Positions 26,491 through 33,158 of a stretch of 33,239 bases of DNA are shown one piece after another. A model generated the notes under the pieces. The model was given only the letters and a program-made list of their open reading frames with translations, did no database searches and was not told the DNA's origin. The position numbers were made by a program, and so were the translations under genes. The stretch is from an archaeon. Lineage in GTDB: Archaea; Nanobdellota; Nanobdellia; Pacearchaeales; GW2011-AR1. The DNA is taken from assembly GCA_043810775.1 (NCBI GenBank), contig JBDRNU010000006.1, positions 1-33,239 of the forward strand, read 5' to 3'. Position 1 is the first letter of the stretch. Each line of letters opens with the position of its first letter.

Positions 26491-27435
26491 TTAATCATAT
26501 TCTTCTAATAGTATGCTATTCCTAGCTCTCCTTAATTTTAATAAAGCATTGTTTTGTATTTGCCTTGTTCTTTCTCTTGTAACTCCAATTACCTCTCCAA
26601 CTGCTTCTAAGCTATATGACTTTCCTTCAAAACCAAATCTCATCCGAATAATTATCTCCTCTCTTTCATCCAAAATATCTTTTAAGAATCTTCCAACTTT
26701 TTCAATCCTAAAATTATAATCTGCAATTTCATCTGCCCCCACCACTCTCTTGTCTTCAACCAAATCTCCTAAAGTTCCCCCATCTTCTGGGCTTAAATCA
26801 GAATCAAGTGAGCTGGTAACTCTTGCCATTTTTTCTAACTTTTCAACTTTTTCATAATCTAAACCAGTTTCTTCTGCAATTTCCTCCACTGTAGGCGCTC
26901 TCCCGCAATTTTTAAAAAATCTTGATTTAAAAGCATCTACTTTTTTTGTTAATTCGTATGCATGAACTGGAATTCTTATTTCAGCACCCTGATTAGCAAT
27001 ATATCTTGTTATTGATTGTTTAATCCAGTTACTAGCGTGAGTTGAAAACTTGAATCCTCTTTTATAATCAAACTTATCTACAGCTTTCATCAGCCCAATA
27101 CTCCCTTCATCTACAAGATCTAGTAAAGGAATTCCGTGATTTGCATATTTATTAGCTATGCTTACAACTAATCTCAGGTTAGATTTAATAAAAATATTTC
27201 TTGCCTCTTCCTTCCCACTAATTTTTGCCCCATAACTTAAATGAGCAACTCTTTTTTCTCCTTCTAAAATTTGGGCAAGAGCCACTTCATCTTCTTTTTT
27301 TAATAAAGGAGTTCTTCCTATATTTCTAAGGTAAGCTTTTACTCCATCTTCAACATAAATATCTCTATCTTTCTTAGTCCCTTTTTCATAAGCCTTATCT
27401 TCATCTTCTAGCAATTCTGTTTCCCTTAATCCCAT
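26491..27435 (-). CDS. Bacterial-type sigma-70 factor (RpoD/RpoS-like, regions 1.2, 2, 3 and 4)
   Basis: DGVKAYLRNIGRTPLL (1.2); NLRLVVSIANKY, DL-DEG-IGLMKAVDKFDYKRGFKFST (2); IRIPVH, PTVEEIA (3); SLEAVG---GVTRERTRQI (4.2). Confidence 0.92.
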   Translation of the reverse strand: MGLRETELLEDEDKAYEKGTKKDRDIYVEDGVKAYLRNIGRTPLLKKEDEVALAQILEGEKRVAHLSYGAKISGKEEARNIFIKSNLRLVVSIANKYANHGIPLLDLVDEGSIGLMKAVDKFDYKRGFKFSTHASNWIKQSITRYIANQGAEIRIPVHAYELTKKVDAFKSRFFKNCGRAPTVEEIAEETGLDYEKVEKLEKMARVTSSLDSDLSPEDGGTLGDLVEDKRVVGADEIADYNFRIEKVGRFLKDILDEREEIIIRMRFGFEGKSYSLEAVGEVIGVTRERTRQIQNNALLKLRRARNSILLEEYD

Positions 27436-27511
27436 TCTTTTTCCAGAAATTATCTATTTAAATATTTAATCATTGCATAAGATTTAAAAACCTCCTCTAA
27501 TTGCTATTTTC
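27436..27511. promoter_or_regulatory. Divergent archaeal TATA-type promoters for the sigma-like gene and rpoN
   Basis: TTTAAATA on - (~27455-27462) and TTTAAAAA on + (27483-27490), each about 25 nt from an ATG. Confidence 0.55.
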
Positions 27512-27709
27512 ATGATAATCCCAATGAGATGCTTTTCATGTGGCAAGCCAATTGCTCACCTATGGGGAGAATACAAAAAGCGAGTAGCTTCAGGAGAAAA
27601 TCCAGGAAAAGTCCTAGATGAGCTTGGACTGGAAAGATACTGTTGCAGGGCTGTTTTCTTAGGACAGGTAGATTTAATTGAAGAAGTGAGTAAGTTTAAA
27701 AAATTCTGA
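27512..27709 (+). CDS. rpoN: Archaeal RNA polymerase subunit N (Rpo10)
   Basis: MIIPMRCFSCGK...LDELGLERYCCR. Confidence 0.97.
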   Translation: MIIPMRCFSCGKPIAHLWGEYKKRVASGENPGKVLDELGLERYCCRAVFLGQVDLIEEVSKFKKF

Positions 27710-27796
27710 TTATTTTAGTGGCTTAAGAAGTTTTGATTTCTTCAATATCTTCCCTATTATACAAATATTCTTAAATATGTAAGCAAATCATTTTTT

Positions 27797-28099
27797 ATGA
27801 GATATTCAGCTAGTTATAAAATAATATCAAAAAATGATCCAAGGTTAGACGGACAAGATATACTTATAGATGAAATAGTTCTAAATAAAAAATTTCTTAG
27901 AAGTAAATTTGTGTTAGAATCTGGGTTACTGGGTGGTGGGGAGGATGAGCAAAGGGCAGAGTATGATGGGATGGAATTTCGTTCAATAGGAGAAGCAACA
28001 CAATATCTCCTAAATTATGCAATAAGAAGAAACTTGGAGTTAGAAGTCACTTATCCATTTTTAAAAATATCAACGCCCTTTCTTAGGTCTAAGAAATAG
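27797..28099 (+). CDS. Hypothetical protein
   Basis: 100-aa ATG ORF with an upstream TATA-like element. Confidence 0.55.
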   Translation: MRYSASYKIISKNDPRLDGQDILIDEIVLNKKFLRSKFVLESGLLGGGEDEQRAEYDGMEFRSIGEATQYLLNYAIRRNLELEVTYPFLKISTPFLRSKK

Positions 28100-28111
28100 C
28101 TATTTGAGCTT

Positions 28112-28672
28112 CTATTTAGTTTTGATGTTCTTAATATCTTCTAATAATTTATTAAATTTAGTATATCTTGAATTTTTATTAAAATGTCCTGCTCCTCTTA
28201 TTATATTTATGCTAACTCCAACTTTATCTGCTATTTCTTGACTTTTTTTCAAAGGTACATAAGGGTCATTATCCGAACTGTATAATATAAATTTTCCACA
28301 GTTCTTTTTTATTTTATCCCATTCAAATTTCTTGTTTACAAAGGTTTTATTTATTTTATCAAAATCTTCATTACCAAGCCAGCTAACAAATCCTGCCACG
28401 AAAAATGAGGCCTTAATTCTTTTATCTAATTTTTCAAGAACAGTCAATATAAAAGCAGGGCCTAAGCTATGCCCTATAATTATTGAACTTTCATCTAAAT
28501 ATTGCTTATAACTTTCAAGCACTTTCATCCAGTTATTCAGTGATTGATTTTTTGGGGTGGGAAATTTTGGGATAAATACTTTGCATCCTATTTTTTCCAG
28601 CTCTTTTTTCAGCCAGGGAAACCAGTTTTCTTCAGGATTTCCATAAGAGCCATGTATCATTATCACATTCAT
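28112..28672 (-). CDS. RBBP9/YdeN family alpha/beta hydrolase
   Basis: IHG------NWFPWL, GHSLG, S-NDPYV, GAGHF; start 28672 is ATGA-coupled. Confidence 0.92.
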   Translation of the reverse strand: MNVIMIHGSYGNPEENWFPWLKKELEKIGCKVFIPKFPTPKNQSLNNWMKVLESYKQYLDESSIIIGHSLGPAFILTVLEKLDKRIKASFFVAGFVSWLGNEDFDKINKTFVNKKFEWDKIKKNCGKFILYSSDNDPYVPLKKSQEIADKVGVSINIIRGAGHFNKNSRYTKFNKLLEDIKNIKTK

Positions 28673-28911
28673 TTGATTTTCCACCTGGAAATATATCCGC
28701 AATTTCTGCATGCAACTCTTTTTATACCTTTTTTTATGCTTTTTACTTTTAATTTAGGTGAGAAACATTTTTTGCAGAACTTTTTTCTCAAGCTTCCTAG
28801 CTTAATATTTGAGTGCATTGCATTTCTTTTAATTTTCTTAAAATCTTTTTCAGTTCTCGCCTTGTTAATTAAATCAATAACTTCTTTTTTTGATAGCTTT
28901 TCTTTTTTCAT
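28669..28911 (-). CDS. rnp4: Ribonuclease P protein component 4 (Rpp21), short form
   Basis: A---NIKL---RKKFCKKC...RVACRNCGYISR zinc ribbon. Confidence 0.8.
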   Translation of the reverse strand: MKKEKLSKKEVIDLINKARTEKDFKKIKRNAMHSNIKLGSLRKKFCKKCFSPKLKVKSIKKGIKRVACRNCGYISRWKIK

Positions 28912-28948
28912 ATACTATTTAAGAAATAATAATATAAAAAAGTATAGA

Positions 28949-29064
28949 TGAAGACAGCTTCAAGCCTTCCCCTCTTGTGGGAGAGTACAAGAATGAACGT
29001 AGGAAGCTTAACTTCTGGGTTCGGAATGAGACCAGGTGTTTCCAACCTACTATGGCCGTCTTCA
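28949..29064 (-). rRNA. rrf: 5S rRNA
   Basis: Terminal helix UGAAGACGGC/GCUGUCUUCA, GGCCAUAG, GAAACACC, CUCAUUCCGAACCCAGAAGUUAAGC. Confidence 0.93.
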
Positions 29065-29153
29065 AAATTAATCTAATTCTAGCCTATTTAAGCTTTTGCA
29101 TAATAAGGTTTAATCACAATAATGTTTATATTTTATAACTAAAATAATAATCT

Positions 29154-29741
29154 ATGAATCAAGTTTATTATGCAACTACTAATCTTGGTAAGTTCATCAC
29201 ATTGCAGAAAGATCTCAAGGAACATAATATTTCTTTAATAAGAGCTGACTTAAAGCTTCCTGAGCTTCAAAGTGAAGATCTGAAAGTAATTTCTGGAGAA
29301 AAAGTAAGATTTGCAATTGGCAAACTAAAAAAACCCTGCATTGCCCAAGACTCAGCTCTTTTTATTTATTCTTTAGAAGGATTTCCCAATACTTATGTTA
29401 AATATGCCTTAGAGACAATAAAAATTGAAGGAATCCTTAAATTACTAGAGGGAAAGCCAAGGGGGTGTGAATTTAGAAACTGTCTGGCCTATCTTGATTC
29501 ATCTCTTTCCAATCCAATGTTTTTTGAATCAGAGTCTAAAGGAATTCTTATCCCAGAAAGAAGAGGAAAAATAAGAGGAGAATCTTGGTCTAATCTTGAC
29601 CTCATATTTATTCCAGAATCATATGAAAAAACTGTTGCCGAACTTGATGATGAAGAATTCAAAGAGTGGAGAGCTTATCGCTCTAAATTTTCTTATTCTA
29701 CTAAATTTGCAAGCTGGTTTTCTCAAGAAAGGAAATTATAA
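29154..29741 (+). CDS. Ham1/ITPase family non-canonical purine NTP pyrophosphatase (divergent)
   Basis: ATTNLGK, PELQ, QDSALFI--LEGFP--YVK, D-IFIP--KT-AEL. Confidence 0.85.
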   Translation: MNQVYYATTNLGKFITLQKDLKEHNISLIRADLKLPELQSEDLKVISGEKVRFAIGKLKKPCIAQDSALFIYSLEGFPNTYVKYALETIKIEGILKLLEGKPRGCEFRNCLAYLDSSLSNPMFFESESKGILIPERRGKIRGESWSNLDLIFIPESYEKTVAELDDEEFKEWRAYRSKFSYSTKFASWFSQERKL

Positions 29742-29766
29742 ATATCCTTATTGCTTTATTATAACA

Positions 29767-29853
29767 GGCAGGAGTAATCAGTGTAGCAGTCAGACACTTC
29801 GGTGTCTTCTGTACAGAGTCTCGTCAGAGATTCCAGCACTGACTCATTCTGCC
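29767..29853 (+). ncRNA. Unassigned structured small RNA candidate
   Basis: Closing stem GGCAGGA/TTCTGCC, TCAGTG/CACTGA, hairpins AGACAC-TTCG-GTGTCT and GAGTCTC-GTCA-GAGATTC; TATA at 29737-29743 and a T-rich tail. Confidence 0.6.
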
Positions 29854-29916
29854 CATCTTTCTTGCTTTGGATAAATTTTAATAACCTCTATTTCTTTTAC
29901 TTCAAGGGAAAGTTTG

Positions 29917-29944
29917 ATAAAGAAAACCGTTAGGTTGTCTTTAT
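29917..29944 (+). repeat. tRNA-leader hairpin ATAAAGAAAACC-GTTA-GGTTGTCTTTAT
   Basis: 11 of 12 bp paired; core AACCGTTAGGT recurs at 33014-33024. Confidence 0.7.
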
Positions 29945-30028
29945 GCGGGAGTGCCGGAGCGGTCAAACGGGATAGACTCAAGATCTATTGGCTTAGTGCC
30001 TGCAAAGGTTCAAATCCTTTCTCCCGCA
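29945..30028 (+). tRNA. tRNA-Leu(CAA)
   Basis: GCGGGAG/CTCCCGC, anticodon arm ATAGA-CTCAAGA-TCTAT, long variable arm, TTCAAAT, A73. Confidence 0.96.
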
Positions 30029-30076
30029 TTCCTTGATAGGAATGCGCCCAATCCCTATCCTCATCTAGGAGTTAAA

Positions 30077-30448
30077 ATGAAAATCACAAAACAGCTTAAA
30101 AAACTAATTGAAGAAAATGCTTTAGCTCTTGCTTCAGTAGATGAAAAAGGAAATCCCCACAATATTGCCCTCGGATATGTTAAGGTAATTGAAGGTAATA
30201 AAATTTTAATTTCAGTTAATTATATTGTATTTACTTTAAAATATATTAAGAAAAATCCAAATGTCTCTCTTGTTGTATGGAATAAAAACTGGAAGAAAAA
30301 TTGTATTGGTTACGAGCTACTTGGAAAGGCAAAATTTTATTCAAAAGGGAAATACTCTGAAATAATTAAGAAACTTCCAATAAATAAAGGAGAGCCTTGT
30401 AGGGGAGCAATTATTGTCTCTATAAATAAAATTAAGAATTTGAGTTAA
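30077..30448 (+). CDS. Pyridoxamine 5'-phosphate oxidase-like FMN-binding protein
   Basis: LASVDEKGNPH, I--NPNVSL, GYEL-GKA; start at ATG 30077 after AGGAG because the upstream ORF extension is tRNA sequence. Confidence 0.85.
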   Translation: MKITKQLKKLIEENALALASVDEKGNPHNIALGYVKVIEGNKILISVNYIVFTLKYIKKNPNVSLVVWNKNWKKNCIGYELLGKAKFYSKGKYSEIIKKLPINKGEPCRGAIIVSINKIKNLS

Positions 30449-30449
30449 A

Positions 30450-30968
30450 ATGTTGGCAAGAATAAAAAATCAAACCAGAAGCCAGAGAATAAAAAGAAAA
30501 GCTAGAAGAAATCTTTCTAGCAAGTTTTCAAGAGAAAAAGATAATTATGTAGTTGATACTTCAGCGATTATCCACAGATTTCTGCCAGGACTTATAAAAA
30601 AAGGGCTAAGCGGAAGAATAATTATTCCCAATGCAGTTATGGCTGAGCTAGAAAGCCAGGCCAATAAGGGATTTGAATGGGGGTTTATCGGTCTAGATGA
30701 AGTTGTAAATCTTCATAATCTAAAAGAAAAATATAAAATAACTATATTTTTTGAAGGAATACGCCCTCAGGAAAACCATATAAAATATGCAAAATCCGGC
30801 GAGATAGATGCTTTAATCAGGGAAATTGCCCGCGAGAATAATGCAACTCTAATAACTTCTGACCTAGTTCAGGCAAAATCAGCTCAGGCTTATAATATTC
30901 CTGTAATTTTTCTTCGCCCTAAACTTGAAAAGCCAAAGAAAAGAAGATTCTGGCCATTTGGAAAATGA
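30450..30968 (+). CDS. PIN-domain protein resembling the N-terminal domain of the archaeal PINA ATPase
   Basis: VVDTSAII, ELESQANKG, GEIDALIR, LITSD-VQA. Confidence 0.85.
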   Translation: MLARIKNQTRSQRIKRKARRNLSSKFSREKDNYVVDTSAIIHRFLPGLIKKGLSGRIIIPNAVMAELESQANKGFEWGFIGLDEVVNLHNLKEKYKITIFFEGIRPQENHIKYAKSGEIDALIREIARENNATLITSDLVQAKSAQAYNIPVIFLRPKLEKPKKRRFWPFGK

Positions 30969-31206
30969 TTAAAAAGAAAACTAAAGTTATTTTTGAAGAT
31001 GGAAATAAAATTAAAGAAGATGATTTAATTGGAGGAATGCCTCTTTCTAAAGGTGAAATTGTCCATATTCATAAAGGTAGCAAGATTATAGATTATAAGG
31101 TAGCAAGATTATAGATTATAAGGTAGTTGACAAGATTATAGACTTTTACTTAGAGGGCAATGATCAAATAGTTAATATCACTTATGTTTTAAGAAAGTTA
31201 AAATAA
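30965..31206 (+). pseudogene. Small gene frameshifted by a 23-bp tandem duplication
   Basis: ATGA-coupled ORF stops at 31114; deleting one repeat unit gives a 72-aa ORF ending at TAA 31206. Confidence 0.65.
31074..31126. repeat. Tandem repeat, 23-bp unit AAGGTAGCAAGATTATAGATTAT, 2.3 copies
   Basis: Exact copies at 31074-31096 and 31097-31119. Confidence 0.9.
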
Positions 31207-31210
31207 TAAT

Positions 31211-31238
31211 GCGCCCGTAGCTCAGCTTGGATAGAGCA
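31211..31238 (+). tRNA. 5' fragment (acceptor strand and D-arm) of an interrupted tRNA, Arg-like
   Basis: GCGCCCG-TA-GCTC-AGCTTGGATA-GAGC-A; pairs with CGGGCGC at 32429-32435. Confidence 0.8.
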
Positions 31239-31270
31239 AAATTTAAATACTTTTTAATGTTAAAATTTAG

Positions 31271-32284
31271 ATGAGGGTTTTAATTTCTAAAGATTCAAAA
31301 TTAGAATTATTCAATTTCCTTAAAGAGAAGAACAATGTTTTTACAAAAAAAGAGCTTTCTAAAAAATTAAAAATATCTTCAAGCACTCTGGATAAGTGGT
31401 TTTATAATGATTATAGGTATATTCCTTTAAATATTGTTCCTGAAGAACTTAAATTAAAAATATTAGATAAAAAGTCAGATAATTGGGGAAAAATTAAAGG
31501 TGGTAAGAAAACTTATCAAATATTAATGAAAAAATATGGTATAAATGAAATCAAAAAAAGACAATCAAAAGGTGGCAAAAATAGTTTGGCAATAAGAAAT
31601 CAAAAATTAAGAGAAAATCTTAAAATTGATATTAATAATCCTTTATTTTTAGAATTTTACGGCGCTTTGTTAGGTGATGGGTGGTTGAGTTCATTATCAT
31701 ATAATTACAAATCAAAAAAAAATTTATGGTGGGTGGGAATAAGTGGTCATTCTAAGCTAGATAAAGAATATTTAATGTTTATTAAAAAAATTGCTGAAAA
31801 ATTATTTAATAGAAAAATCATCATAAAGTATAAAAAAAATTCCCAAGGAATGGAGATACTTTTTTCCCATAAACACTTAATTCTTTTTTTTAATAAAGAA
31901 TTAGGATTTCCAGTAGGCAAGAAATTTAATTTAAAAATTAACAAAAAAATTCCCAAGGAGTGGGATAGGATAAAATATGTAATAAGGGGAATATTCGATA
32001 CAGATGGATGCTTATATTTTGATAAAACTCCAGTAGGAAGACCTTATCCTTGTTTATCTATTCAGATGAAAGCTCCAGTTTTAATAAAGCAATTATATTA
32101 TCTTCTTACTAATAATAATTTTAAAGTAACTTATAAAATTTGTAAGAATAGTAAGGAAGGGCAAAGTAGAATAACCTTAAAAGGAAGTAAACAATTAAAT
32201 AAGTGGATGAACGAGATAGGGTCAAGTAACTCAAAACATTTTTTAAAGTATAAGAATTGGTTAAATCAAGTCCCCGTAGCGTAA
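31271..32284 (+). CDS. LAGLIDADG homing endonuclease with N-terminal HTH
   Basis: Two motifs FYGALLGDG and IRGIFDTDG; KELSKKLKISSSTLDKW HTH; very K/N-rich. Confidence 0.88.
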   Translation: MRVLISKDSKLELFNFLKEKNNVFTKKELSKKLKISSSTLDKWFYNDYRYIPLNIVPEELKLKILDKKSDNWGKIKGGKKTYQILMKKYGINEIKKRQSKGGKNSLAIRNQKLRENLKIDINNPLFLEFYGALLGDGWLSSLSYNYKSKKNLWWVGISGHSKLDKEYLMFIKKIAEKLFNRKIIIKYKKNSQGMEILFSHKHLILFFNKELGFPVGKKFNLKINKKIPKEWDRIKYVIRGIFDTDGCLYFDKTPVGRPYPCLSIQMKAPVLIKQLYYLLTNNNFKVTYKICKNSKEGQSRITLKGSKQLNKWMNEIGSSNSKHFLKYKNWLNQVPVA

Positions 32285-32343
32285 CTGGATAGCGCGACAG
32301 CTTCCTAAGCTGTAGGTTGCAGGTTCAAATCCTGCCGGGGACG
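32270..32343 (+). tRNA. tRNA-Arg(CCT)
   Basis: GTCCCCG/CGGGGAC, D-loop GGATA, ACAGC-TTCCTAA-GCTGT, GCAGG-TTCAAAT-CCTGC, G73. Confidence 0.95.
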
Positions 32344-32345
32344 TT

Positions 32346-32436
32346 TTCCTAACCTTGGTGTCGTAGGTTCAAATACTTAAACTCGTGAGAGTTTGAGTCC
32401 CAGAAAATCTTTGATTTTTTGAGCCTATCGGGCGCA
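32346..32436 (+). tRNA. 3' fragment of the interrupted tRNA, with a 49-nt insertion at the T-loop (32375-32423)
   Basis: TTCCTAA-CCTTG-GTGTC-GTAGG-TTCAAAT-[insert]-CCTAT-CGGGCGC-A. Confidence 0.8.
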
Positions 32437-32551
32437 TTTTGAAATTATAGCAAAATATATAAACTTATAATTCTTCTTTGAATTATCGAAAAAAAAGAAA
32501 GTAAGAATTGATTAGTTAATTCTGACAAATAAAATTATGAAGGAGGTTAAA

Positions 32552-32941
32552 ATGAATAAAAAAATTGAAGGTGTAGTGGCTATCATAGAAAAAGATGGCA
32601 AATATCTTCTTGGCTTAGAATCTAAAGATAGCCCTATTAAAGGTAAATGGCGACTTCTTGGAGGAAAGCTTGAAAAAGGCGAAACTCCCGAACAAGCACT
32701 GCATAGGGAGCTGATGGAAGAAGCTTCAATAGAAATTAAGGTAGTTAAATATCTATTTGATATTAAAGCAGAGCATTCTGACATTCTTATCTATGTATTT
32801 TTAGCAAAATATCTCAAAGGCAATCTAAAACCTAGGATTGAAGAGCATGAATCAATTAAGTGGTTTTCATTAGAAGAGGTTAAGAGTTTAAATCTAGCTA
32901 AAACTACTAAAGAAATTATTGAAAGATATCTTGGTAGGTAA
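32552..32941 (+). CDS. Nudix hydrolase (MutT-like)
   Basis: GGKLEKGETPEQALHRELMEE Nudix box; GGAGG before ATG 32552. Confidence 0.9.
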   Translation: MNKKIEGVVAIIEKDGKYLLGLESKDSPIKGKWRLLGGKLEKGETPEQALHRELMEEASIEIKVVKYLFDIKAEHSDILIYVFLAKYLKGNLKPRIEEHESIKWFSLEEVKSLNLAKTTKEIIERYLGR

Positions 32942-33007
32942 GCAAAAACTTTAAAACACTAGAAAATTTATACTACCATCACTCTTGAAGCATACTCAAG
33001 GGAGATA

Positions 33008-33031
33008 CAAAAGAACCGTTAGGTGCTTTTG
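33008..33031 (+). repeat. tRNA-leader hairpin CAAAAGAACC-GTTA-GGTGCTTTTG
   Basis: 9 of 10 bp paired; same core as 29917-29944. Confidence 0.7.
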
Positions 33032-33032
33032 A

Positions 33033-33104
33033 GCGCTGGTAGTATAATGGCTAGTATCATTGCCTTCCAAGCAATTGATCCGGGTTCGAGCCCCGGCCGG
33101 CGCA
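33033..33104 (+). tRNA. tRNA-Gly(TCC)
   Basis: GCGCTGG/CCGGCGC, ATTGC-CTTCCAA-GCAAT, CCGGG-TTCGAGC-CCCGG, A73. Confidence 0.96.
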
Positions 33105-33158
33105 TTTAATTTTATTTCCAAATAGTTAAATTAGATTTGATTTTAAAAGAAGAAAAAA

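Noticed and set aside
883-26719. Many antisense or overlapping ORFs from the track (e.g. 883-1170, 2471-2782, 3385-3711, 4741-5139, 5479-5811, 16176-16520, 22312-22857, 24098-24436, 26513-26719)
   Set aside because: They lie opposite well-supported genes and have S/F/I/L-rich shadow composition with no motifs.
29765-29790. SRP-like CAGG...AGCAG
   Set aside because: No GNRA-capped helix between the two motifs and no SRP-length helix.
29790-29830. Hammerhead-like CUGACGA on the - strand
   Set aside because: No correctly placed GAAA or stem III, the motif lies within a hairpin, and G-U pairs favour the + strand.
29596-29874. 92-aa ORF overlapping Ham1 and the structured region
   Set aside because: Overlaps a real gene out of frame; the distal part is better explained as structured RNA.
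29951-30076. N-terminal extension of the FMN-binding ORF
   Set aside because: It is a translation of the tRNA-Leu(CAA) gene and trailer; ATG 30077 has a ribosome-binding site.
31074-31143. Possible CRISPR array
   Set aside because: Head-to-tail repeat with no spacers, only about two copies, and no cas genes in the window.
31238-32350. Single bulge-helix-bulge intron joining the outer tRNA halves through AAAA/TTTT pairing
   Set aside because: The ligation product would lack a paired anticodon stem and a 7-nt loop.
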